From contig QPGO01000137.1 of assembly GCA_008632985.1 (NCBI GenBank), positions 124,001 through 188,000 on the forward strand: a DNA stretch of 64,000 nt, read 5' to 3'. Positions 48,477 through 61,700 of this stretch are shown piece by piece (positions within the stretch are counted from its first letter, which is position 1; every line of letters starts with the position of its first letter). Source of the DNA: Psammoneis japonica (lineage: Eukaryota). The notes beneath the pieces were generated by a model. The model did not search any database. It was not told the origin of the DNA and was given only the letters and a program-made list of their open reading frames with translations. The position numbers and the translations under genes were made by a program.

Positions 48477-48905
48477 CGGCCTAAACCTGATTGTCCTCCT
48501 GTTTGCAAAGCTTGGTCAAGATGCTGGCACTTTCTAGGACAACCGAAACTTACGTAACCAGAACAGTTCATAGAGGATTTCTATTCTTGAGAAATTTAGC
48601 AGCAATCTTCGCAGTAGTACTATGCGCATCCATTATCGTACTCTTTTTCTTGTCAGAAGAGGACTACAGTAGCAAGCACGTACCTATAATTGCGATCGAC
48701 AAGTTGTTTCCAATGTCAGTGATGTTGCTGTTAAAATAAAGCACTTTTGTTTCCCATATACACTTTTTCTGAGTGCTTCACCTAATGATGCAAAAGTGCG
48801 ATTTGAACGCAGTCTTAGAATCTTCCAGTTTTTCTAGCATTTAACACTAAGCATGCGATTTTCTGAAGAGATACCACTAGCATGCACCTTGAACCTCATT
48901 ACTTA

Positions 48906-49787
48906 CTAACAGTCATCGTACTGGTATCGCTGACAAAGTTGACGTGCATGTTCAAGAACTCGTCTTTCATTGGGTGATGACACCTTTTGTTCGAGGTCAT
49001 TCCAAGATACCGACGTCTTATTCTTTTTGTGTGTATTGTAACCGTTTCTATCTTCGATGATTTTGGTCCAATTCTTCTCGTGGCAGTCCTTCAATTCGGC
49101 TCTCTCACACACACCCAGAAGCAATTCGCTGCCAATGTCTTCGTTTCGAATGCGGCATTCCGCCAGGTTTTCGGCCAGTAAGGAGAACGAGATCCACCAC
49201 TCCAGTGTTTTAAATTCAACTTGCATTGCATCAAATGCAGTGGCATTCCTCAAGATGCCCGCTTGGCGAACGTCAACCTTTTTCAAGACAAAATTCCACC
49301 TGGTGCCATATTTTGAACGAACCACATTCAAAGGGTGTCGCACCAGAAAGAAAACGTGCCGGTATGCAAAGGGCGACCTCCCCGACGAGTGTAGATAGGC
49401 AGCCTCTATCCAGCTGCTCGCGCCATGCCCCAACACCCTCTCGTGACCAACGGGATAGCCAGCGTCCGAGAGCGCTGCGGCAAAAAAAGCTGTCGAGGAA
49501 TACCCGCAGCCGGTGATGAGAATGTCGTAATCGGCTCGGTCGCCGAGTGCTCCCGTGCGCCAGCAAACTAGGGGATGATGGTTCTCTCCTTCTTTTTTTT
49601 CTTGGATGCTCTCGAGTGCCTGATTAGGGCTGACTTCTTTTTCCACACCCGATTTAGACTCGTGCGTGTTGTTGTTGATGCGCATCATCAGATTCGACCT
49701 GGTCTCCAACGCGTCTTTTGCAATGTACAAAAAGACAGCCAGAATCAAACAACTCAAATACCAACGACTGCTGCTGGCACGAAACAT
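48906..49787 (-). CDS. Sulfotransferase-fold (P-loop) type II membrane protein
   Basis: ILITGCGYSST (5'PSB-like), VGHE and LVRHPLNVVRS (3'PB-like). Likely start MFRASSS followed by a TM. Confidence 0.6.
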   Translation of the reverse strand: MFRASSSRWYLSCLILAVFLYIAKDALETRSNLMMRINNNTHESKSGVEKEVSPNQALESIQEKKEGENHHPLVCWRTGALGDRADYDILITGCGYSSTAFFAAALSDAGYPVGHERVLGHGASSWIEAAYLHSSGRSPFAYRHVFFLVRHPLNVVRSKYGTRWNFVLKKVDVRQAGILRNATAFDAMQVEFKTLEWWISFSLLAENLAECRIRNEDIGSELLLGVCERAELKDCHEKNWTKIIEDRNGYNTHKKNKTSVSWNDLEQKVSSPNERRVLEHARQLCQRYQYDDC

Positions 49788-50214
49788 TGTTTGTTGCAAA
49801 AAAGAGAGAGAGGAGACGGATGTGGGTAGATTAGCATGCAAGTGCCACAAAACGAACGGTGCAGTATGGTGCAGAAGATGGTGCGATGATTCTCTCGTTT
49901 GTGATGATGGGTGCGTCGACTGCCGCAGTAGCTAGAACAACGTGTGTCGTTTTCGAAAATACAGTGCCGTGCACGGCGATTTTGAGGAAGCAGAGCGCGA
50001 AAATGCCTGCTCCTGGACCGTTCGCTTGTTATTTCTTTTTCGTATCGAAGCTCCGATACTAGCTGCAAACAGTGGTACTGTAGTTGCGGCTTTTTGTTCA
50101 CTTCTTATCTTCTTGTTGGTGTTGTCCCCGCGGGTGATGTTAGTCTATGTACGGTAGCCTCTAGAGAGTAGAGGTACAGTACAGTTTTTCGTGAGTTTTT
50201 CACTGTGTTGGAGT

Positions 50215-50601
50215 CAAGGATTTATAAGTCTATCAGGATGTACAAGCTCCAGTACAAATCCACGCGAGAGCCTGTTGCCATGCGTGGTGCGAACACCGTT
50301 AAACTTTGTACTGGATTTTACGGAGGTCTACGTCGGGCTTCTGACGGGACGAACTTAACATTAAATATTATTCAAACATTAATAACTTTGATTTCCAGAA
50401 ATGTTCAAAAGTTCTGGCGGAAGAATGACAGACGCCATTTTTCCAGAACTTTTGCTTTTTATACATACTAATAATTGAAAGCATATTTAAATACAATAAC
50501 GTCGGAGTTCGCCCCGTCAAGATTACTTAGAGACTCGTCGCCGAGCATGGCAACACACGTTCTACGTAGCTTGTACATCCTGATAGACTTATAAATCCTT
50601 G
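50215..50601. mobile_element. 387-bp MITE with perfect 34-bp TIRs and 8-bp TSD (P- or hAT-type)
   Basis: caaggatttataagtctatcaggatgtacaagct with its exact reverse complement at 50568-50601. TSD GTTGGAGT at 50207-14 and 50602-09. Confidence 0.92.
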
Positions 50602-51577
50602 GTTGGAGTGCTCTCCAAATGGCATTACAGTACAGTAAATTCAAACTTTATATGTAAACATACGTTTTTTAATACATAAACAGGTTTTTGAATTTTATAC
50701 CTCTTTTAAAACTGAATATAAACACTTAGTTTGAAGTCGATTTTCAAATTTGCCGGGAGAGTTGGTCATGACACTGTGTCAACTAAACCACAAAACGGCA
50801 CACGCCAAAAGCAAGAGTGCAAACCACCGCACGCACTTCCTCAAGTGAAATGATGTCCATGATGAATGGCCAGCCCATCAATCTGTCATCATCTTCCCTT
50901 GAGAAAAAATGCTCTCATTTGATTCCCACATGGAAGAGGGCAATGACGCACAGCAGCAGTGCTTCTTGCACAAAGATGGCCTCATTGGCAACACTGGTGG
51001 CAGTGTGGCATTGATGCAGCTGAAGGGGGTGTTGGCACTCTGGAGTGCAGGTCTTTGTCAGTGCACGAGAAATGCAAAAGGACAAAAGCTCGGTGAGTTG
51101 GGGATTCCATGCTGCTGTGCCACTTGGGCTGCACCTCCATTGCGTGACACAGTGATGCCACAAGAGATTTGAAGAAAACAAATTTGAAATTTTGAATTTT
51201 TGGAAAAGAAGGTGCACGCCAATGTGTCAAGAGGGTGCTGCCATGCAAGTGAGCCAAAAAGGCCATCAACCACCATTGCAACAGCCGCTGATTGGACTCC
51301 ACGCTGAGGAGGTTCATCTGGCAAAGCAGCACACATGCATCCACCAAAAGAGAGAAAAAGAAGGTGGCCTGAAATCAATTGCTTCCTTGTCCTTGACCAG
51401 GTCAAGTTTGTGCAATTTTGCTGCAATCTTCCACATTTTATCCTCCGTGTGTCTTGAGGCAGTGAGAGGAGCAACATGACCGCCAGCAGGAAAATGAAGA
51501 GCCAAAGGGGCAGCACTGGCATCCTCTGACCCTTCTTGAAGATGAACAAACCACTGGACAACATGGCACATTTGCGC

Positions 51578-51975
51578 CATGCTCAAAAAGAATGAGTGCA
51601 AATGAAAGCAGAGCAAATCATGAAAAGCAGACATTGTGGCTGAGACTGGATTTTGCACTGCGATTTTGGGATTCTCACTTGACAACAGATTGTCTGGCTG
51701 TGATCGACATGCTCAAAAAGAATGAGTGCAAATGAAAGCAGAGCAAATCATGAAAAGTGGACATTGTGGCTGAGACTGGATTTTGCACTGTGATTTTGGG
51801 ATTCTCGCTTGACAACAGATTGCCCGGGTGTGACCGACATTGACATCTTATGTGTCAACTTTGTCTGTTGATTGCATTTGCAATTTTTGACTTCCAATCA
51901 ACTCTGTGTGATTGATCTTGTCTGTCAATTGCATTTGCAATTTTGGACTTCCAATCAACTCTGTGTGATCGATCT
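51578..51975. repeat. Tandem duplications: ~130-bp unit x2 (51578-51840) and ~57-bp unit x2 (51860-51975)
   Basis: catgctcaaaaagaatgagtgcaaatgaaagcagagc occurs twice; gcatttgcaatttt.gacttccaatcaactctgtgtg occurs twice. Confidence 0.8.
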
Positions 51976-52689
51976 GACCATCATGTGCATCCACAATTGC
52001 CGTGCGATTGACACACACCCAACAAAATGCACAATTGTGAACATGCACAATTTTGTCCACTTGACAATGCACACTGCATTTACCTCCCCAATGGAGACCA
52101 GGACAATTAAAAAATGGGTGACAGTGTGCCAAGTGCATGGAAAATCAAAAAAGACACAAAACATCAAAAGATTTGAGCATCAAGTGCTTGTGAGAAAGGC
52201 AGTTGACAGGTTGTCAGGGACAACAAGAACACATGTGACACATTTACATTGAAGGATTGTGCACAAAATTAGCCTGGAACCCACCAAAGGCAAGCCATGT
52301 GTCACATGCTTGTTCCATGGTGGTGCTCAAGTTGACTTTGATGCCATGCTTGTGCTTGCTCAATGGCATAGACAACAAGAGCTGGGGCGGATCTGGCATG
52401 GACAACTTTCAGATCAAAGCAGCTGACACCGAGAGCAAATGAAATGTGTCTGATTTTTTAAGTTGGTGGTGCAGTGTGCTGCGCATTCAGCAATGCGGCA
52501 ATGACCAGATTGTCTGTCAAGTGAGATTGACTCCATTGTCTGTCAAGCAATCACATTTGACAATGCTGTTCTGTCCACTGCCATTCTACGTTGTCTTTGG
52601 AAATTTTTTGCCAGTTTGAAATTGACTGCTTCTTGAGTGTCTGTTGTGCTCCAGCACTTCTGGCAATCTGTCTTTTTGGTTAAGCCAGA

Positions 52690-54300
52690 GAAGCCTTGGC
52701 ACACCATGCAATGATGCACACAATGCCAACAATTGCTTCAATTGGCAAACCATTGCAACGGCCTTCAAAGGTGCCATTGACAAGTCCTTCCACGGTCCTG
52801 AGTGCAATGACAAGCTCTGCTCCATCTGTTGCTCCTCCTTCAACCAAACAAAGGTGGCACACCTTTGCTCACTCCAGCTGGTGCTGTGCTGTCAACTGCC
52901 CCACATCCATGGCACCCAGAGCACCATTTCCAAGCAACATGTCATCTGCAACTCCATTGGCTGAACCCAGTGGTGTGCTGTCTTTGAAGCCCTCCATTGT
53001 GGCCTCTGCAACTCCATCAGGATTTCCAACCTTAGAGCAAAGTGATGTGCCATCAACAACTCCATCAGATGTGCCAAGCAACATGCCATCTCAAAACCGC
53101 CAACTGCTGACACTTCAACAACACCTTCAATGGTTCCAAGTGTGGTCCCCAGCAATCTTCCATCTCAGCAAAGCTGTCATTTCAACCCAGTGATGCACCA
53201 TCCACATCACCTTCAAGAGGTCCAAGTGTGCTCCCCAGTGATGCACCATCTGTGGTGCCATCATCTGCCCCAAGTGGTGAGCCATCACAGCAGCCTTCAA
53301 TGGCACCATCCACAAGTCCTTCCACCATCCTGAGTGCAATGCCGACCTCTGTTCCATCTGCAGCTCCCTTGTCCAAACTGAGCAGCATGCCTTCACTTGC
53401 TCCATCCAATGCACCATCAACTTTTGCTGTCCATGGCACCCAGTGTGTTTCCAAGCAACATGCCATCAACAGCTCCGTTGGCTAAACCTGGTGGTGCACC
53501 ATCCTTGAGGCCATCCTCAGTGGACAGTGTGGACTCCACAACTCCTTCAGATTTCCAAGCTTGGGGTGGAGTGATGTGCCATTGACAGTTTCGTCCAATG
53601 TGCTGAGCAACATGCCATCAGAAACCCCTCCAAGGATTCCAAGTGTGGTTCGTGGTCAAGCACCATCAACAAATCCATCATTTAAACCAAGTGATGCACC
53701 ATCCCCAACACCTTCAGTGGTTCCATCAAATGCACCTTTTGCATTTCCAAGTGTGCACCCCAGTGAAGAATCATCTGCAATGCCGTTGTCTGCCCCCAGG
53801 CACCCAGCAAAACACCATCAATGAAACCATCTTTAGAAGCAAGCAGTGCATCTCCATTTGCACCCTCCTCCTCCACACCAAGCACCATTGTGATTGACAT
53901 GACATTGACTCACCATCATCTGAACCAAGTGACATGCCAGCAACTGCCCCTTTGTCAGCTCTGAGCGGATCTCCTGGCATTGTCCATCAATGAACAGCTC
54001 CTTCAGGTGAGCCAAGTGGCAAGCCATCTTTGCTGCCATCCAAAGTGCCAAGCTTGCAACCAAGCAATGTGCCATCATCAACTCCATCACACAAACCAAG
54101 TGATGTGCACCTCTTCAAAAAATCTGTCCTCTGTTCCAAGTGGGGCGCTGCCGTTGACATGTTGGAACCGCCAAGTGTGGCCCCAAATCCATGCTCACAC
54201 TTTGAACCAAGCAATGTGCCATTGGTTCTTTCTCTCAAAATTGCAAGTGTTGACACAGACTCTTTGGAAATGCAGTCTTCTGAACCATGGTGACAACTGA
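52690..54300 (+). pseudogene. Decayed PS-x-x-PS (mucin/adhesin-like) repeat protein gene with internal duplication
   Basis: Fragments PSDAPSVVPSSAPSGEPSQQPSMAPS and PSTNPSFKPSDAPSPTPS are scattered over shifting frames. 52755-53050 resembles 53295-53600. Confidence 0.65.
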
Positions 54301-55576
54301 AAGAAGACAATCAGGTGTCAGTTGATCAAGTGCAGACATGCAGCTGCTTGCGTGCAACAAGGCACATGGTTGCCACTTGTTCCTCTGCCTCTTCCTGATG
54401 GCACATTTCCAAGATAAGCCAGTTGGCATCAACATGCAACAAATGAGTCATCTCCACCACCCACCACACCATGCACCACAGCTCTGTGCCACAAAATGGT
54501 GCACAAGTCAAAAAAAACAATGCTCCTTCTTTCTTGAGAACATGACCAGTGAGCACATGCTTTTTGTCAAACTGCTGGATTCACCATCCTCTCACACTTG
54601 CACCCATTCTCCCATTTGATGTGTTTGCAGCAGCACTTTTTAGAGTGTAACTCAAGAAGCAGGAGGCTGGAAAGGGCTTCTGGGCACATTCCTTTGTGGT
54701 GCACTAGACACATGAGGTCCAGTGCTTTTTCCTTGTCAACTCCGGCCCTGCAAGAAAGGAACACAGGAAATTCATCGCCACATCCATGAGAAAGCAGTTC
54801 AGTGGATGCAGGAGATTGCAGCTCACAAAAGTGTGCTGTCTCGTGCCATCATCACCTTGCCTTTGTTGTTCCTTGCAGCCATGACAAATGCATTGGGCTG
54901 TCACAGCACAGTGGCATGTGTTCAGCAAAACAACTTGTCTTTTGTGAAGTAATTCATTTGACATTCGTCATCCAACTCCATTGTTCTGTCCACACAAAAC
55001 ACAAAATGTGGTGGCTTCTGGACCCCACCTCATTTGAGGCAGCCAAACAATGATCTCTCGGTGGCATGGGAGCTCTCCACATTCAACACCAAGCTTCCGA
55101 CAAGTCTTGCACACATCTGTGACTGGAAATCTCCAATCACTTTCTTTTGGCGCTGCTCCAAGAGCCACCTTCTGTTCAGAGCCCCGCCAAGATTCCCAGT
55201 GGTTTCTTCTCTGAGTCGATTGCAAACTGCCCTCAGGCATTTGAGCATGGTCCTGCCAGGTCCACTTACATCCTCATCCACATGATCGTCAGGGTGTTGT
55301 TGCGGTGAAGCCAAAAGTTCGTGTGTGCAAGACTAAAGGTATAATAAAAGCATTCACGGTTGCCTCTTTGTGACCTTGTTTCTGTTCAAGATAAAAGTGA
55401 ATCTTCCTGTGACACAAGATGAACCAATCGGCATCAAAAGGTGTTTTGGGAGACATTCCAAAGTGCAGCAGTGTCACTCCTCGCATTCACGTTTACCGAG
55501 AGACTTGGCCATGTCACAAGGCCGCATGTATAAAGCCACATTGTGAGGATTTCTCTTACAGTATAGTCGTGTTAAA

Positions 55577-56683
55577 TTATGAATTCCTTGTGAAAGTAAA
55601 GTTTTGACTGGAAAACTCCTGACTTGCCAGACTGTCTTTTAATCTCAATGTGACAAGCGCATTGACTGCCTCGGCACAAGACTTGTTATTTCGTTTGCGT
55701 TCTGCATGATAGATCGTCATTCCCGACATATCCCATGCCATGTGCTTGGTGTTTCCATGAATGGCACTTCGCAGCACCCATTCATTGCAAGTGGTGCGTC
55801 GACCGACAACTGTGACACTTCGATTTCCAAGCCCCATGTATAGTCCAGCCGACGGTTTATGATGTTGAGGATCAAACTTCTGTGTGAACAGGTGAAATCC
55901 TTGCATCAAAGCTCCTGGACCTGTTACATAAGGAACATATTGATTCCCAACGTCCTCAACATTGAGCAAACGTAGCAGTGTAGAAGTGACTGAGGCAAAC
56001 ATGAGAGGATGCCTTGGCGAAACAGCCATGAAGTACTGCGATAAGAATCCCTCCCTTTCTTGCAGAAAATAAGCATCATCCTGCGGACCGATTGCAGAGC
56101 CATTCAAAAGATTTCGTCCAGGAGCATTGTCCACGTCCGTGTATATCCCACCATACTCCCACAAGATCAAATATCGCCACAAATCTGCTAATGCAGCTCC
56201 AGACACGAGACAGCTGTCGACAACCAGCTTCAGGTACGGAAATTCGGGCCAATATCTCGAGAGCAACTTGTCGACTGCTGCATCGTCATGAAAGTAGATG
56301 GAATGGTTGTCAAACTTCCACAACGCGATATTGTCGTGGAGCAACTGCGCCATGCACCGAGTTTTCGATGTGAGATGAATCACACGAGGAATCTTTCTGC
56401 CGGAATGAGTAATGCCCGTGGGCAGAACGACGTTCTCCATTATTGCCGCACCGCTTCTATCATTGCACCTGGCCTTTTCTTCAGAGTAATCATCCATGAG
56501 CTGATCCAGAGAAAGACGAGTTGGAACAGTTGCTTCCTTTTGGGATTCTTGAGATGCTTGAATTCCAAGCAATGCAGCATCCGGCACAAACGATCTCAGA
56601 GATAACAACGTATAAACAAAAACAAACAGCAAACTCAATCGCGCCCGACTCTTTCCGGGGCAGCTCTTCTTTTCGTTTTCCAT
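55577..56683 (-). CDS. Glycosyltransferase family 32 (DXD, OCH1/SUR1-like)
   Basis: KIPRVIHLT, ADLWRYLILWEYGGIYTDVD, PRHPLM and VTGPG; N-terminal TM. Confidence 0.88.
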   Translation of the reverse strand: MENEKKSCPGKSRARLSLLFVFVYTLLSLRSFVPDAALLGIQASQESQKEATVPTRLSLDQLMDDYSEEKARCNDRSGAAIMENVVLPTGITHSGRKIPRVIHLTSKTRCMAQLLHDNIALWKFDNHSIYFHDDAAVDKLLSRYWPEFPYLKLVVDSCLVSGAALADLWRYLILWEYGGIYTDVDNAPGRNLLNGSAIGPQDDAYFLQEREGFLSQYFMAVSPRHPLMFASVTSTLLRLLNVEDVGNQYVPYVTGPGALMQGFHLFTQKFDPQHHKPSAGLYMGLGNRSVTVVGRRTTCNEWVLRSAIHGNTKHMAWDMSGMTIYHAERKRNNKSCAEAVNALVTLRLKDSLASQEFSSQNFTFTRNS

Positions 56684-57255
56684 GGCCTGCGATCTTTAAA
56701 TTTCCACAAAAAGTGATCTTCCTTGCAACTACTTACGGTAGTGATGAAACGGACGCAACTGAAAACAGGAATAAAGACAGCAGGTAATTCCAAAATTTCC
56801 AGAATGAAGAATAGCCTGTGGGCGGTAGTCTACTTCTACCGGTACCGGTAGCTACCGGTACCGGGATGGCTTACAGTACAGTGCGCAGTACTATGGCATT
56901 CATACGCAGGCATGAGACGTAGACCCTGATTTCTATGTAAATACTGTACGTAGGTCGCATTACCGCACGTGGGATATGGTACAAATTCCACGTGCAACGG
57001 AAATAAGGTGTTCGTGGCCATTATATAAATGTCCGTTGCGATGCCGCTGTGCTGTGTGGGTATTCGGCGACAACGCTTGGTCATTATGACTCAAGTTCCA
57101 ATACACAGCCTACGTAGCGCAACGAACAACAATGTCAGTCACATGCACAAGCACGGGCAAACCATCTCCTCCAAAAAATTCATCCGCTCTTTCGTTTTTC
57201 CAGCTTTGGGGCTGTCCTCTTTCGTTGACATTGTTGCTCCAAAACAGATCTTGTG

Positions 57256-58684
57256 ATGGTGTCCAGGATTCTTAGGACGAGGAGTCGTCACGACAATTCC
57301 AAACACAACAACAAGATTGGGTCATTAACTCCAAGACCACGATGCAAAGCGCTATTATTGAAAGCGATCACGGCGAGTGTGGCGGTGCAAATGTACTGCC
57401 TTTCCTCTACCACACCATCAACCAGCTGGAGTAGCAACAGCAGCATTGAATATGAGGATGCTGGCCCCATTGCCACCGTAGCCTATGTAATGAGTCTGAC
57501 GGCATGTGCCCCCCGGTTTGCCAGCAAGGCTCACGATCCCGCCATGGTGCTTCGCAAATCCATCGAATTGAATTCTTATCCCGTCCATGCAAAAGCACAA
57601 TACGCGGCTGACTTTTGGGTCGTATTGCCGCCACACTTGGTTCAATCCAGATGCGCGAAATTGTTTCAGCAAGCCGGATGGCAGCTCCAAGTCCATGACT
57701 TGCCTGTCACACCCGAACAAATTGCCATTAGCCCTCAGGAGCAGGGGGGGGAGTTTCTAAAAAAGAACATTGGTCGCGATGGATGCTGTGGACATTCCGA
57801 ACTGCTCAAATTGCATGCTTGGAGCCGCAGCGGTGCACCTGGATTTGGATACTCTCGTCAACCGACCAATGGACGAATTGTTCAATCTCATTCACTATCC
57901 ACCTGACACCCCACAAGGTCAAGAAGCGCGACAACACTTTGTCCGAGAACGCTTGGCTACACCCACCTTTGACCCCGTTCATCCTTTTCTCAACATGACC
58001 TTTGATCACTTTTATACAAAAGACTACAACATGCTGCCCGCTGGAAAAGAAAAAGTCGTCGGCATACAAGGAGGATTCTTTGTGGTGCGACCCAATGTTA
58101 CTGTACGAGATGACATCATTGCCAAAATAAAACAAGGATACTACTCACCATCGAATGGGGGGTGGTTTGGCTCTGGATATGCCGGTCATATATGGGGGGG
58201 TTTGACTATTCAAGGCTTCTTGGCGTACTACTTTGATTTGATTGCAAAAGCCACCAGTGTCGAATTGCATCGCTGTAAATACAACCAAATTGCCGAAAAT
58301 CCACGACGGTCCACTACCGGCAAATTTCCGCGGCCCACACCTCTGCCCGGAAGCAATTTTAGCAAACAATGGCATGATACTGGTTGTCGGGATGGACGCG
58401 AGAGCTGCGACGATGTTCAATGTCAAACGTGGCCCATAAACGATACCCGTGTCTTTCATTATACCTACTGCAAATTGCCCTGGAATTGTCGCAGACACCA
58501 GCCAATACCGCAATGCTTGAATGATAGGACGTGCTGGCACATGCATCATGCGTGGTTTTTGGTACGAAAACAAGTTCAAGGGGTGGAAATCGCGGATGGT
58601 GAAACCATGGAAGGGTTTTGCAGAGGCGAGGGACAGTATATTCCGTATCAAGCGCCACCGGTCAACCATACGAGTACACCGTAA
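57256..58684 (+). pseudogene. GT8-like glycosyltransferase with one frameshift near 57822-57830 (pseudogene or assembly error)
   Basis: ORF1 ends after GCCGHSELLKLHAW. ORF2 resumes with VHLDLDTL...QGGFFVVRP...TIQGFLAYY...HYTYCKLPW. Confidence 0.65.
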
Positions 58685-58797
58685 ATGAGCATGAACATGC
58701 CACGTAGTTGAGTGCTGCGGTGTTCTAATTAAAAATTAGTGCTTCTTGTCGACTTAACCGCAGCAACCCAGTCTTAGGACATCAAAGTACTGTCAAG

Positions 58798-61700
58798 TGT
58801 CAAACCAAGGTCACCACATGCCTTGTGCTCCTCACAGGAGGCTAACCTCCTGTCGTTTCGGATTGTGGAGTTTCAGAGTCTGCAGGTGGGCGAGCAGCAT
58901 TGGTTTTGCTGCTGTTCCAATCAATCATCTTTGCATTGCTGCAGCGATCCAAGCAAGCACTGTTGGGTTGGGATGTGGCTCCATGTCCATGCTGTGACCA
59001 GGCCAATCAGAGGTGCACAGCAACATGAAACCACTGCCTTTCCAAGAAAGTGAGCTTGGTGCCACAAAGGTCAGAAGTGCAAGCTCAAGCTGAGGTTGAT
59101 GTCAAAACAAAGAAGTGAGTAGACCAAAGAGAGGGAGAGCCTGAGTGTCAGTGAGCGCTGGCGAGCCCTCTCAAATGGCTGCGTCAATCTAACATCCAAA
59201 ATTAACACTGCATGTCAGAAGCGTGCGAGTGAGTTGCTGCACTCTTCCCTTCCATGATCCGAAAGAACTAGAGGATCATGCAAAGGGTTAAAACCAGGGA
59301 CCAAAACCCAAAGAAATTGCAACAGCAGGAGGAAACCCAGGTGTTGGGAAGAAAATGCAGCATGCATGCAGACAAAAGGTTGTTTTTGTCATGCCCTTTG
59401 TGACATTTAAAGGCTGCAACACGCCGCCGTGATGCATTGACTCTTGTCAGTGGCTGCGTGTTGCACTCCTCCCCATGCATCACGCGTCCACACGGCTCTT
59501 TGCCAAAGTGTGCTGACACTGCACGGTTTTGGTGGAACAGTGTGGGTGCGTGCGAAGGAACATGCAGAACTGCACAGAGTTTTGCGTGTTCGACAGTGAT
59601 CAACGTTGCTGCAGACAACTCCCACTCAGGGTTTCGAACCCCTGGCCTCCTGCCTGATGGTTGCGATGAACCACTCCGCTGTGAATTCATGGCGCAGCAT
59701 GCACGCAGACAAAAGGTTGTTTTTGTCACGCCCTTTGTGACATTTAAAGGCTGTGACACGTCGCTGTGATGTGTTGACTCTTGTTGGCAGCTGTGTGTTG
59801 CAAAAACCCCCTGATCAACCACGAAAGGGAATCAGGCGCCGAATGTTGAGGCGCTCAACCACATGAGGAGCTCGATGAAGCGAGAGCGTGCCATTCACAT
59901 GCACTTGAACAATGGGACAAGGGCCATGAGCACGAGGCTCGAGTCTGGACGGGTCAACCGACTTGATTGGAACTTGATCACCCACTTGACAATCGCAGGA
60001 TCTTCTCTTGGCATTGGCTCTTCGCAAATTGTCATTGATCAGCGTCTGGCGATGGCCTTGAATCGTCAACAAGTCTGCCAGCACAGGGACACCTGGGATC
60101 ATGTCACGTCCAAACACCATGGCACCTGGTGAAGTCTGTAAAGAACGGGAAACAGCACAGCGAGTTGCATGCATTGCAGTTGCCAAAGCATGATCCACGA
60201 GGCCAGCTGCACCCTGAAGGTTTTGAGGTGGATTGGAAGCAATGAGCGTGCGCAGTGCATTGCCGACAGTCTGGTGCATTCGTTCGCAAACAGCATTGGC
60301 TTGAGGGTTGTATGAAGCAGTCGGCACATCATCAATTCTGGCTTGTTGCAACAGCATCTGAAAATCGCACCCGGTGAACTCGCCGCCGTTGTCGTGGATG
60401 CATCGATTCGGTCTGGGACAGCGTGCAAGCCAGCAGTTTTCGAATTGGTTGGCAACATGTCGGGCAGTTTTATTTTCAATTCTCACCAGTTCAACAAGAT
60501 TGGAGACAGGATCAACACAGGTCAATGCCCGAAACTCAATCTCTCAATTCGGCACTTTGATTTTCCACGGGCCAATGAGGTCAACCGCCACTTCTGACCA
60601 GAGAGCCAATGGAGCTTCTCGCTCGGGTGACTCTCCACAGCCAGGACCTAAAGATTTGTTACATTGGCAATCAGCACAAGAGCACTCATCACACATGCGA
60701 CGCAACCCAGGATGACAACAATGAGCCTGGATCATTTCATGCATGCGCTGGCTTCCGGCATGGCCAAGGACGAGATGACACCACCGCAATGTGTCGGGCA
60801 TGAGCGCAGTCGGCAAACAGATTTTCCACTGTCCTGGAGGATCATTTGGTTGCATGCGATGACACACAAGCAGTCGATCATTCACACATTCTACGAGGAA
60901 ACGATCAGGGTGAGCAATGCGCATCTGGTTCAACTGTTGGTCCTCGAACTGGTGCTCTTGAATGCATTGTAACGTCATCGGATTCTGCATCTCTTGCATC
61001 GTAGGGTGGTTCAAGAAAGAATCGAACAGTTCCGGCTCATCCACAAAGAAAGAGAAGAAGTGTGAGTGGCCTTCATTTTCAATGTTGCAACAACACTTGA
61101 ATCGGCACGCGCCGAGCTCCAAGTCCTCATCGCGGAAATCCTTGAATTCGGATGGTTCCTCACTCGGCACCAACTTCGAATCGAGCAGAGCAAAATCAAC
61201 AACAGTTCCTTTGCCCGGAGCCAAGCTCTTCCCTTTAGAGGGAGGATCCACACGAGGTGAGTGAGAAAAACAATCAGCCAAGACATTCAATCGGCCTTCA
61301 ATGTGATGAAATTGAGGGGCAAAGTCTTCCAGAAAGAGTCGCCAACGAAGCACACGTTGTGAATTCAAGGTGCGAAAGGTGAGGTTCTTGTGGTCAGTGA
61401 ATGCATGCAAGTCGCCACCAAGGAGCATCAATCGGCATTCTCGGAAGCACATGACAATGGCCAACAGCTCTTTTTCGATCGTCGAACAGTTTTGTTGCGC
61501 CGCATTGAGCTTTCGAGACCAGCACGCAATGGGCTTTCCATCCTGTTCAATCACTGTGCCCATCTGGCAATCACTTGCATCGGTGTAGACATGGAAGGGT
61601 TTGTCATGATTCGGATGTGCCATTGATGTTTCAGCCGCTGGGACTGCTTTCATCTCATTGAACGCCACCTGACTTTCCGCTGTCCATGTCCACGTGCCTT

